This document shows, piece by piece, positions 1 to 8,404 of a stretch of 36,668 bases of DNA. The DNA comes from Chlamydiia bacterium (lineage in GTDB: Bacteria > Chlamydiota > Chlamydiia > Chlamydiales > JBMOFD01). Location of the stretch: NCBI GenBank assembly GCA_049314435.1, contig JBMOFD010000009.1, positions 1 through 36,668 on the forward strand, read 5' to 3'. Made by a program: the position numbers and the translations under genes. Numbering within the stretch: position 1 is the stretch's first letter; every line of letters starts with the position of its first letter. The notes under the pieces were generated by a model. That model ran no database searches. It had not been told where the DNA came from and worked only from the letters and a program-made list of their open reading frames with translations.

Positions 1-184
1 GGATAGACCTCGGTGTCGGAATGGTAAAGTTTAGCTGCCTATGCGTCTTTGAATGGTTTGAGAACCGATGAGTATGGACTTTGGCCATCGAGACAGGTTC
101 GGCTTCCTGTGGCGTAGTTAGAAGAATCCTGTTTCGAATCAACGACTGTAACGGGAACAGGGGTCTACTAATTTTTGACAACAT
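1..184 (-). CDS. Partial hypothetical protein running off the left edge
   Basis: Hand translation from ATG at 184: MLSKISRPLFPLQSLIRNRILLTTPQEAEPVSMAKVHTHRFSNHSKTHRQLNFTIPTPRSI..., open to base 1. No clear RBS and no recognisable homology. Confidence 0.3.
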   Translation of the reverse strand, partial: MLSKISRPLFPLQSLIRNRILLTTPQEAEPVSMAKVHTHRFSNHSKTHRQLNFTIPTPRSI

Positions 185-239
185 CCAGCCAAACAGGAAC
201 AAGGAAGGGACTGAGGGCCCCCGCGAGGGTTAGGCTTTT

Positions 240-263
240 CTAGGGGATGAGCTCATCCCCTAG
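240..263. repeat. 24-bp perfect palindrome CTAGGGGATGAGCTCATCCCCTAG
   Basis: Left 12 nt is the exact reverse complement of the right 12 nt; abuts the REP-like element at 263. Confidence 0.9.
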
Positions 264-313
264 GTGGTCTGGAGGATTTTATCCTCCAGCTGAGGTTCGG
301 AGCGGAGCTCCGA
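263..313 (+). repeat. REP-like double-hairpin element, copy 1
   Basis: GGTGGT-CTGGAGGA-tttta-TCCTCCAG-ctgaggt-TCGGAGC-gga-GCTCCGA; near-identical to 29195-29245. Confidence 0.85.
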
Positions 314-324
314 GGGAGGGGATC

Positions 325-654
325 ATGGGTTTGTCGATCAATCAGCTTATTTCTGGTGCGGGCACATCTGGTAGTGCAGTGCATGCTGGCTACATAAACG
401 ACCCCCTTCTTGGAGCGGGATCCTCGTCGGCAGGCGCCCTCACCGGGGGGGGCTCAGCGGACTTCAAGCTACCTAGTGACCTGGAGGCTGAGGCTCAGAG
501 GTTGGGTGGCAAGTGGGGCCCAGATGGGGTAAAGATTGCGGAGAACATGATGAAGTCCATGTTGATGGACAGCATCAACGCCAGCAACGAAGCCTCCAAA
601 CGGTTCGTTGAGGCTATCCAGGAGAGCGATCCAGAACGATTCGGAAGAGCCTAA
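325..654 (+). CDS. Small hypothetical protein (109 aa), Gly/Ser-rich N-terminus and helical C-terminus; candidate type III secretion substrate
   Basis: ATG at 325 preceded by GGGAGGGG. The ORF-track start at 247 only translates the repeat element. Convergent with parC. Confidence 0.65.
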   Translation: MGLSINQLISGAGTSGSAVHAGYINDPLLGAGSSSAGALTGGGSADFKLPSDLEAEAQRLGGKWGPDGVKIAENMMKSMLMDSINASNEASKRFVEAIQESDPERFGRA

Positions 655-681
655 GCGCGGGTACCGTTCCTAAACGTTTGC

Positions 682-2592
682 CTAGCGCTTGCTGGGCTTG
701 CTTCCTGCTTCGGCCACTGACTTCACCTTTTTGTCGGTCAGTCGGATCCCCTTAGCGGACACACCCTTCACACGGATCTCATCCATCGCGACCTCGAGCT
801 CATCGACCCTCTGCCTTGCCGCAGGGGCTAGCTTGACCACTACGACCGTCTCAGGCTTGTCGATGAAGAGGAGTAGCTCCTCTTCCGGCTCAACGAACTG
901 ATAGCTCTTCTCCATGATGAAGGAGTCCACCACAAAGCGCTTCCCAAAGAGACCCTGGCTGTTCTTGTAAACAGCTCCAAAGACCGTTTGACGGTCAGCC
1001 GTTCCCACATGAAGGACTGGCTGCTCGATGAAGAGCTTCTCGGGGATTGGGATGATGCGATAAGTGCCGTCGGGATGGAAGAGAAGGACCTTGTCGCGGT
1101 TCGTGCAGGTCCAAGTGAAGGGGCCCTTCACTTGGGTGCCGAGGAAGCCCGTTTCAGCGTCATAGCCAATCTGGATCGTTTTTGTTTCCAGAGCCTTACG
1201 ATCGACCTCGCCGATGACTTCGATCTGAGTGCGACGCTCAAAGTGGCCCCCATACTTCTTCAAGATCCCTTTGATGAACTGGATAGCTACCTTAGGAATC
1301 CGTCCGAGGTCAATCTCGATCACGCCAATGCGCTTCTGCATCTCTTCAATCTCGCGACGATTACGGTCGGTATCGAACCTTGAGATTCTACGGATGGGGA
1401 TCTGCAGCAGGCGCTTGCGGTCCGCATCGACCGGAGGTCGTATGAGCTCTCCATGGAAGGGGAAGAGGCCTCTGGCCACTCGGCGATCGATCTCCTCTTC
1501 AGAGATCGCTTCTTCAAGGGCTTTGTAGACTTTTTCCTCGATGAAGATCCGCTCGAGCTGACGCTCAAAGATCTTCTCGAGAAGTTGCCTGCGCTCGAGC
1601 TCCAGCTCCTTCTGGAGATGGACCTGTAGGCGTTCCGTAGAATCTTCCAGGATCGCATGAACGTCGGTGTCCCAAGGGAGTTGATCACGAATCGCCAGGC
1701 AGTGGCCATGTAGGACCACTTGGCAGTCAGTGAAGGCATAGAGGGGTTGAATCAATTCGTCTGCGTGCTGTCCACGTGGAAGCTTGATCTCGATGTGCAC
1801 ATCTTCGGCCGTGTAGTCGTGGATCGACTCGATCTTGATCTTCCCGCGCTTGGCGGCTTCATCAATGGAGTGGATCAGGGACTCGGTCGTCGTGCCGTAG
1901 CAGATCTGATCGATGACGACTGTCTTATCATCGCGTGCCGTCACGCGAGCTCTGAGGCGCAGCTTCCCACGTCCTCGTGCATAGTCGGAGGCGTCAACGA
2001 ATCCACCTGAGGGGAAGTCGGGGATCAGCTCAAAGGGCTTCTTCTCAAGAATCGCGATCTGCGCGTTGAGCAGTTCTACGAAGTTGTGAGGGAAGATCCT
2101 TGTGGACATCCCTACAGCAATCCCTTCGATGCCGAGCATCAACAGTAGAGGGATCTTTGCTGGCAGCAGCACAGGCTCTTGGGCTCGTCCGTCATAGCTA
2201 GGAACGAAGGGCGTGATCTCATCATTGAAGAGGGTATCGCGAGCGAGACCAGCTAGCCTTGTTTCGATGTAGCGGGGCGCGGCAGCTGGGTCGCCGGTTA
2301 GAGGGTTCCCGAAGTTCCCCTGCTCATCCAGCAGAAGGCCCTTCTGTGACAAGTTCACGAGAGCTTCGTTGATCGCAGCGTCCCCGTGAGGATGGAGCGA
2401 CATCGTCTGCCCCACCACAGTAGAGACCTTGTGGAATCGCCCGCTGTCCATGCGATGCAGCGTGTAGAGAAGCCGTCGTTGGACTGGCTTGAGGCCGTCG
2501 GCCACATCGGGGATGGCCCGATCGAGGATGACGTAGGCGGCATATCGCAGGAAGTTGTCCTGCATTTGATGCTTCATGTCGTCAGTTGCCAC
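682..2592 (-). CDS. parC: DNA topoisomerase IV subunit A (chlamydial gyrA_2/ParC type)
   Basis: RAIPDVADGLKPVQRR, HPHGD, GNFG and AAPRYIE (catalytic Tyr); short C-terminal domain; GTG start directly after parE. Confidence 0.93.
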   Translation of the reverse strand: MATDDMKHQMQDNFLRYAAYVILDRAIPDVADGLKPVQRRLLYTLHRMDSGRFHKVSTVVGQTMSLHPHGDAAINEALVNLSQKGLLLDEQGNFGNPLTGDPAAAPRYIETRLAGLARDTLFNDEITPFVPSYDGRAQEPVLLPAKIPLLLMLGIEGIAVGMSTRIFPHNFVELLNAQIAILEKKPFELIPDFPSGGFVDASDYARGRGKLRLRARVTARDDKTVVIDQICYGTTTESLIHSIDEAAKRGKIKIESIHDYTAEDVHIEIKLPRGQHADELIQPLYAFTDCQVVLHGHCLAIRDQLPWDTDVHAILEDSTERLQVHLQKELELERRQLLEKIFERQLERIFIEEKVYKALEEAISEEEIDRRVARGLFPFHGELIRPPVDADRKRLLQIPIRRISRFDTDRNRREIEEMQKRIGVIEIDLGRIPKVAIQFIKGILKKYGGHFERRTQIEVIGEVDRKALETKTIQIGYDAETGFLGTQVKGPFTWTCTNRDKVLLFHPDGTYRIIPIPEKLFIEQPVLHVGTADRQTVFGAVYKNSQGLFGKRFVVDSFIMEKSYQFVEPEEELLLFIDKPETVVVVKLAPAARQRVDELEVAMDEIRVKGVSAKGIRLTDKKVKSVAEAGSKPSKR

Positions 2593-2593
2593 G

Positions 2594-4411
2594 CTATCCT
2601 CCTAAGGCCAGATCTGCGGTGAGATTCTGCATGATGAACGCTTTACGTTCTGGCGTGTTGCGGCCCATGTAGAATTCCAACGTAGGACGGACATCCGCCA
2701 ACGAGGAGACCGTCACCGGATTGAGTCGGATGTCCTCCCCAATGAATTGCTTGAACTCCTTAGGAGAGATCTCACCGAGCCCTTTAAAGCGTGTGATCTC
2801 TGGATTCCCAGAGAGGTGCTTGAGGAGAGCTTCCTTCTCATCTTCGGAGAAGCAGTAGTGGCTCTTGTCTTTATGACGTACCTTGAAGAGAGGAGTCTCC
2901 AGGACATACAGGTGACCATTCAGAACCAGATTCTCAAAGTAGGTGAGGAAGTAGGTCATGAGTAGGTTGCGAATGTGCATCCCATCCACATCCGCATCGG
3001 TCGCTAGGACCACCTTCTGGTAGCGCAACCCCTCGAGGTCATTTTCGATCCCTAGCGCCGACATGAGGTTGTACATCTCCTCATTGCGGTAGAGCTGGTC
3101 TCTCTTGTATCCAAAGACGTTGAGGGGCTTACCTCGTAACGCAAAGACCGCTTGGATCTGTGGATCTCTGGAGCTCACGATGCTCGCGGCGGCCGATTCC
3201 CCTTCTGTCAGGAAGATCTGGCTGTTCTGGCCATGTAGAGGATCGTTACTCAAGTGGTAGCGACAGTCGCGTAGCTGAGGGATCTTAAAGCTAATCCGCT
3301 TGGCTTTTTCACGAGCCTCCTTCTTGACGGAGGCCAGTTCCTTGCGGAGTTTTTCATTGAAGACCACACGATCGAGGAGCTTGCTGGCCACCTCTTTGTT
3401 CTTGTAGAGCAGGTCTAGAACTGCTTCCTTGACCTCTTGCACCAACCCAGCACGGATTTCACTGTTGCTGAGCTTGTTCTTGGTTTGCGATTCGAAGACG
3501 GGATCTTTGATTTTTACAGCCACGGCTCCGACGATCCCTTCGCGGACGTCATCTCCCTGGAAGCTCTTCTTCGCGAACTCATTCACGCCCTTGAGAAGGC
3601 CTTCACGGAATGCAGAGAGGTGTGTGCCTCCATCTGCAGTGTGCTGTCCGTTGACAAAGCTGTAGTAGTTTTCGTTGAACCCCTGTGTGTGCACGATGGC
3701 GAACTCTAGAGACTTGCTCTTGAAGTGGAGAGGCTCGTAGATGCGATCGGTGGGGACTTCAGCTTGGAGGAGGTCGAGGAGGCCATTCTCCGACTCGATC
3801 GTCTCCCCATTGTAGTCCAGCTGCAGCCCGGTGTGCAGATAGGCGACGTTCCACAGTCGTTTACGGATGATCTCATCTTGGTAGGCAAATCGCTTGAAGA
3901 TCTCCGTATCTGGCACGAAGGAGACATAGGTGCCATCGGGTTGTGCGGCCTTGACCTTCTTCTCCTCGATCAGTTTTCCCTGCTTAAAGAGGGCCTGCAC
4001 GCTCTGGCCCTCTCGGAAGCTCTGTACGAAGAACTCAGCCGATAGGGCGTTAACGGCCTTGGTACCCACACCGTTTAGACCTACGCTGAACTGGAAGACA
4101 TCATCGTTGTACTTGGCGCCGGTGTTGATGCGGCTCACACAGTCCACCACTTTACCCAGAGGGATGCCCCGACCGAAGTCACGGACCTGCACCTTACCCG
4201 TCTTCAGCTCGACCTCGATCTCGATCCGCTTACCGTGACCCATGATGAATTCGTCGACGCTGTTGTCGAGGACCTCCTTCAGGAGGATGTAGATGCCATC
4301 ATCTGGGTGCGATCCATCACCAAGACGTCCAATGTACATCCCCGAGCGCAAACGAATGTGAGTGAGGGCATCCAGGGTCTGGATGGCCTGTTCGGTATAG
4401 GCTTTAGCCAT
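2594..4411 (-). CDS. parE: DNA topoisomerase IV subunit B (chlamydial gyrB_2/ParE type)
   Basis: GHKL motifs (EVLDNSVDE, DFGRGIP, GLNGVG) and TOPRIM motifs (TEGESA, LRGK, TDADVDG, RFKGLGE); 605 aa. Confidence 0.93.
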   Translation of the reverse strand: MAKAYTEQAIQTLDALTHIRLRSGMYIGRLGDGSHPDDGIYILLKEVLDNSVDEFIMGHGKRIEIEVELKTGKVQVRDFGRGIPLGKVVDCVSRINTGAKYNDDVFQFSVGLNGVGTKAVNALSAEFFVQSFREGQSVQALFKQGKLIEEKKVKAAQPDGTYVSFVPDTEIFKRFAYQDEIIRKRLWNVAYLHTGLQLDYNGETIESENGLLDLLQAEVPTDRIYEPLHFKSKSLEFAIVHTQGFNENYYSFVNGQHTADGGTHLSAFREGLLKGVNEFAKKSFQGDDVREGIVGAVAVKIKDPVFESQTKNKLSNSEIRAGLVQEVKEAVLDLLYKNKEVASKLLDRVVFNEKLRKELASVKKEAREKAKRISFKIPQLRDCRYHLSNDPLHGQNSQIFLTEGESAAASIVSSRDPQIQAVFALRGKPLNVFGYKRDQLYRNEEMYNLMSALGIENDLEGLRYQKVVLATDADVDGMHIRNLLMTYFLTYFENLVLNGHLYVLETPLFKVRHKDKSHYCFSEDEKEALLKHLSGNPEITRFKGLGEISPKEFKQFIGEDIRLNPVTVSSLADVRPTLEFYMGRNTPERKAFIMQNLTADLALGG

Positions 4412-4766
4412 GCGGCGCTCCGTGACGAGACTTGGCGAGGAGAGAGGGCCCCTCTCTAGAAAGAGAATCCATCATGCCAGCGCACTCTATATACCAAGGG
4501 CTCGTTTTCCATGACATCTTGGAGTGCGGTTCTCAACGGCTTGGACATGGCAGATGGGTGATTCAGCGACTCATGATCCACCACAATGCGGCCTCCTGGC
4601 GACCGGCTCGTCGAGAGGAGTTTCGATTGTATCCTGGACCTGGATGCGCTATATGTGCGGCGCCGAATCCCTGATGTGTATACGGATTTTGAGGAACTTC
4701 TCTCCATCCTTTCTTTTGTTTATGGGTTAGGGGCCTATGGAGAGGCTAATGGAGCCGCTCACGTCT

Positions 4767-5384
4767 ATGCGTAGACTCTTAATCTTTCTAGCGACCCTAT
4801 GTACTGCTGGCATAGCCTCAGACAGCCATATTGAGGTGCTTGTATCGTCCCAAGCCATAGAGGAGAAGGTCGCGGAATACGCGGCGATCATTGACCGGGA
4901 ATATGATGGAAAGGAACTCACTCTCATCATGGTGATGAAGGGATCGCTCTGCATCAGCGCAGACTTGATTCGACACCTCCATGTGCCGACTACGATCGAA
5001 TACCTCAAGGCGAGCAGCTATGGCGAGAATGGGATGACGGCTGGAGCGATCCGTCTCCATGGTCTTGAGGCCTTGGAGATCAAGGACAAGCATGTGTTGG
5101 TGGTGGATGACATCTTTGATACAGGCAAAACGATGACGACCATCCTTGCACAACTGGAGGCTCGTCAGCCAGCTAGCTTGAGGTCTATGGTTCTCCTTCT
5201 CAAACGAGTCCCAAGGAATACCGACTATCGACCCGACTACTGTCTCTTCCAGATCGAGAATCGGTTTGTGATCGGCTATGGACTTGATTACAAGGAGCGC
5301 TATCGAGGACTTCCAGGCATCTATGCCTTCATCAATGACACGCCACCTGACGCGCTTTTCCTATCGAATGCAACTAAAGGGTAG
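4767..5384 (+). CDS. hpt: Hypoxanthine(-guanine) phosphoribosyltransferase with an N-terminal signal-peptide-like extension
   Basis: VMKGS, ASSYG, PRPP loop VLVVDDIFDTGKT, FVIGYGLDYKERYRGLP. Start could be 4737, 4749 or 4767. Confidence 0.9.
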   Translation: MRRLLIFLATLCTAGIASDSHIEVLVSSQAIEEKVAEYAAIIDREYDGKELTLIMVMKGSLCISADLIRHLHVPTTIEYLKASSYGENGMTAGAIRLHGLEALEIKDKHVLVVDDIFDTGKTMTTILAQLEARQPASLRSMVLLLKRVPRNTDYRPDYCLFQIENRFVIGYGLDYKERYRGLPGIYAFINDTPPDALFLSNATKG

Positions 5385-5478
5385 AGACGTCGCTTAGAAG
5401 AACTGAGGCATTTGGAGTGTCTTGTACGACTCCAAATGCCTTGCCATACCAAGGCGAGCGCCCTGGGAAGATCCAAGC

Positions 5479-6276
5479 CTAGCGTGTGATGGCTGAGTTC
5501 GTAGCGCTTGATGTGGTTGAGATTTGCTGCCAGCCACGCTCTATAAAGTTTCGGAGCTCCCCGCAGTGGTCTGGGTTGTCGAGCTCTAGCCACTTGCCAG
5601 ACGCTCTCTTGCCGTCGCCGTCAAAAATCTTAAACCGTAAAGGGCGCGTAGTTTTAGGGGCCCCGTATGGGAGCGTGGTCTCAAACTCTATCTCATGCAC
5701 ACGGGCATCGCCGACGACATCACGGGCGGCTGCACACCAGTCAGTCGCTTTCCCACTGCCCTGAAGTCTCGCTAGGAATAGAACGACTCTTGCATGGTGC
5801 TGCGTTGTGATCCCAAGCTTGGATAAATAGGTCGCTAAATCCTGTGCCTCATATCGTGCATCGTGGCGGTAGAGCACCACGATGGGGTCCTTGCCGTTAT
5901 CCTGTTTGGGATCAAATAGTTTGTTCGACATGTCCAAGGTAAGCGCGTTCATGACGTGGTTCCAAAAAGTTGTTGGGCCATCGTCCAACTGCTTGGGCAC
6001 GTAGGCCAAGAACGCATGGTTGAGGCCTGTTCCTGAGCGCTCGCTGTTGAGACCTGAGCGCTGGGCATTGAGCGCTCTTGCGATCACAGCTAAGCAGCAT
6101 CCTGCCGCCAGGCCACATAGAGCGATCAGAGTGGTGCGAAGAGAAAGCACCTTACCGAGGCCTCCAGCTACCAATAGCGCTACCAGGGATCCAACAGCCA
6201 ACAGGGACTTCGTCCCGAATGCCTGCGCGCAGCAGGTGCTCGCGCGATGTGAGAGTGACTGAATGGATCCGAGCAT
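5479..6276 (-). CDS. Hypothetical membrane protein with N-terminal bilobed hydrophobic domain (Inc-like candidate)
   Basis: Two adjacent hydrophobic segments (LLAVGSLVALLVAGGLG and LIALCGLAAGCCLAVIA) then a soluble C-terminus; AGGAAA RBS and AT-rich promoter upstream. Confidence 0.7.
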   Translation of the reverse strand: MLGSIQSLSHRASTCCAQAFGTKSLLAVGSLVALLVAGGLGKVLSLRTTLIALCGLAAGCCLAVIARALNAQRSGLNSERSGTGLNHAFLAYVPKQLDDGPTTFWNHVMNALTLDMSNKLFDPKQDNGKDPIVVLYRHDARYEAQDLATYLSKLGITTQHHARVVLFLARLQGSGKATDWCAAARDVVGDARVHEIEFETTLPYGAPKTTRPLRFKIFDGDGKRASGKWLELDNPDHCGELRNFIERGWQQISTTSSATNSAITR

Positions 6277-6312
6277 TGCATTTCCTAATAATCACTTGTT
6301 TAATCTGTTAAT

Positions 6313-6342
6313 ATTATACATATTTATAGATGTTAGCTGCAA
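6313..6342 (-). promoter_or_regulatory. Sigma70/sigma66-type promoter for the 6276 gene
   Basis: Minus strand reads TTGCAG-N18-TATAAT, ending 36 nt upstream of the ATG, in an AT-rich patch. Confidence 0.6.
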
Positions 6343-6554
6343 TTGCTTTGTTATGGCATAGGTCTATTGCGTGATGGGTCGATTGACTGTCATTCGATCG
6401 GCTAAAGCCGATGTGATGCCATGTTGATAAGGGTATGGCTTTAGAGTTCAGTATGTTGAAATCCGAAGCTCGCGTGAACTTAGCTCATGGAGAGCAGGTT
6501 GAGGTAAGCGGTCCAAGGTATTCGAGTAGCTTGAGTAGCGGTGGTTCGAAGGGG

Positions 6555-6598
6555 ACTGGTGAGTTCAGAGCCTTCTAGAAGGCTCTGAACTCACCAGT
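6555..6598. repeat. 44-bp perfect palindrome with no spacer, downstream of brnQ
   Basis: ACTGGTGAGTTCAGAGCCTTCT|AGAAGGCTCTGAACTCACCAGT. Confidence 0.92.
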
Positions 6599-6623
6599 TA
6601 AAAAGGCCGTAAAGACGAATTCT

Positions 6624-7787
6624 CTACGAGATCATCCGAAGAACCGTGGATGCCGCAAAGGTGGCCACAACGGGCGTCTTGACGCTCTGCAGACCCTTCC
6701 ATCGATGGAGGATGTTCAGCATCGTCAGTACGATCAACCCTGGGTAACACACCTGAAGAACTGGGCCTAGAAAGGCTGCAATCCCTCGAAATTCCAGAGT
6801 CGACACCACAAAGGTCATGAGCACGCCCGCTGCCAACACCCACTCGTATCGTCCTCGTTGTCCGAGGATTTCCTTGTGGATGAAATCAGAGAACGCTGTG
6901 AGCAGAGCCAGTGCGGTTGTGAAGCAGGCTACGGCGACGATGACGCACACCATAGCCCCCGCATAAGGCCCAGCAATCTTGCTGGAGATGGCGGCGAGGA
7001 GCTCTTCCGTGCCATGGACACTGAGGCCATGCCCGTGTAGGGATGCCAACAGACTGAAGCCCACATAGACGCAGGCCAAGAGGACGGATCCAATCAGGCT
7101 GCCATGGAGCACCACTCGAAATTGGGAGGTCGAGTCGGTCTGTTGGGCGTTCGCTCGATGTAACGTGATGACCATCGAAGAGAAGAAGAAGGCCGCCAGC
7201 AGATCCATCGTGTTGTACCCCTCGGACAGTCCATTCAGGAAGACTGTGAGATGGGCGTCGGGTGAGATGGAAGCAGTCGAAGGCGTCATGAATCCTAAGG
7301 TGATGACCCACAGAAGCAGACCCAAGAGCACGGGCGTTAGGCCCCATCCAAGGATGTCCAGGATACGGCTCCTGCGTACACAGGCAATGAAGAGCAGGCA
7401 GCAGGCTGCAGCACAGAAGAGTGTGAGATCGAGACCCGTGAAGACCGTCTTCAAGGTAGAGAAGGAGAGAGCAATGCAGCGAGGCGTCCCACCGAATGGA
7501 CCCAAAAGGCAGATCGTTGCTGTGGCCAGAATCAATCCAGGGATGCGCCCTAGGCGGCCAAAAAACTGTCGGTAGTCACCACCGTACATGAGCATCGCAA
7601 TTACACCGGCGACGGGCATGATGACGGCTGTCACGACTAAACCTAGAACAGCAGAGGGGGCCTTATCGCCTGAGTGTAAACCCAGTGCTAGTGGGAAGAT
7701 GATGTTTCCTGCTCCGAAGAACATGGAAAAGATCGCCAATCCCAATCCTAGGGACTTGGCATCAAAATGAGAGAACCATTTCTTCAT
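6624..7787 (-). CDS. brnQ: Branched-chain amino acid:cation symporter (LIVCS family)
   Basis: FSMFFGAGNIIFP, GP..GTPR, EGYNTMDLLAAFFF, ACFTTA motifs; multiple TM helices; GAGG RBS. Confidence 0.92.
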   Translation of the reverse strand: MKKWFSHFDAKSLGLGLAIFSMFFGAGNIIFPLALGLHSGDKAPSAVLGLVVTAVIMPVAGVIAMLMYGGDYRQFFGRLGRIPGLILATATICLLGPFGGTPRCIALSFSTLKTVFTGLDLTLFCAAACCLLFIACVRRSRILDILGWGLTPVLLGLLLWVITLGFMTPSTASISPDAHLTVFLNGLSEGYNTMDLLAAFFFSSMVITLHRANAQQTDSTSQFRVVLHGSLIGSVLLACVYVGFSLLASLHGHGLSVHGTEELLAAISSKIAGPYAGAMVCVIVAVACFTTALALLTAFSDFIHKEILGQRGRYEWVLAAGVLMTFVVSTLEFRGIAAFLGPVLQVCYPGLIVLTMLNILHRWKGLQSVKTPVVATFAASTVLRMIS

Positions 7788-7918
7788 TGCAAAGGACCTC
7801 TATGCCGAAGTTTAGGATGATGGAGCTTCCCTGTAGAAGGGCGAGACAAACAGTTGGCACCTGGGCAGGAGCAGATCACACCCGTATTTGGATTGGAGGC
7901 ATAACGAACGGTGGTCAT
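7784..7918 (-). CDS. Candidate 44-aa leader ORF overlapping the brnQ start
   Basis: AAGGAA RBS, then MTTVRYASNPNTGVICSCPGANCLSRPSTGKLHHPKLRHRGPLQ*; the TGA overlaps the brnQ ATG (ATGA). Confidence 0.4.
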   Translation of the reverse strand: MTTVRYASNPNTGVICSCPGANCLSRPSTGKLHHPKLRHRGPLQ

Positions 7919-7988
7919 GACAAAAATTCCTTACTAAAAATGTTTCTTTTCTCGATTGGGTAACCCTTACTTCCGATCAACTCGGTTT

Positions 7989-8023
7989 GGGGGGGGATTC
8001 AGCGGGGAGTAGGGGGGAGGGGG
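7989..8023 (+). other. Potential G-quadruplex-forming sequence / poly-G tracts
   Basis: G8-ATTCAGC-G4-AGTA-G6-A-G5 matches the G3+N1-7 four-run pattern. Confidence 0.6.
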
Positions 8024-8404
8024 ACTATGTGCGCGGGCAGCGCACGGCCCCACCGGAGACATTAATCGTTGCCGCACAGATGCAGAAAGTTGCTAACCCA
8101 GCCGGTGGCTGGGTGCTCTCCCACATACAACTGTCTTCGGCGGCGGTGACCAACACGATGAACTCCAGGTGCACTACTAATTCTATCAGGTCAGTGCATT
8201 CCAGGCACTGGTTGTACGAATGGTTTAAACAAATAGATTACTTTTTGTGGAGATGAGCTTGACGGCGGCCCCACCATAGTACGAGTACTGTGCTAGCCAA
8301 TCCTGGGATAAGGCTTCCGATAGCATCCTCACGAATTTGTGCGCGCTTTGGTAAATAGCCGCCTTCCAGTATACCGATGAGATGCCTCGAGATCACAGTT
8401 TCTT

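Noticed and set aside
6435..6578. 47-aa plus-strand ORF (MALEFSMLKSE...) ending in the palindrome
   Set aside because: Short, no homology, RBS spacing poor; may be chance.
7987..8256. 89-aa plus-strand ORF and a TGA-interrupted minus-strand frame in the same region
   Set aside because: No RBS, starts in poly-G, no recognisable motifs; insufficient support for a gene, pseudogene or recoding.
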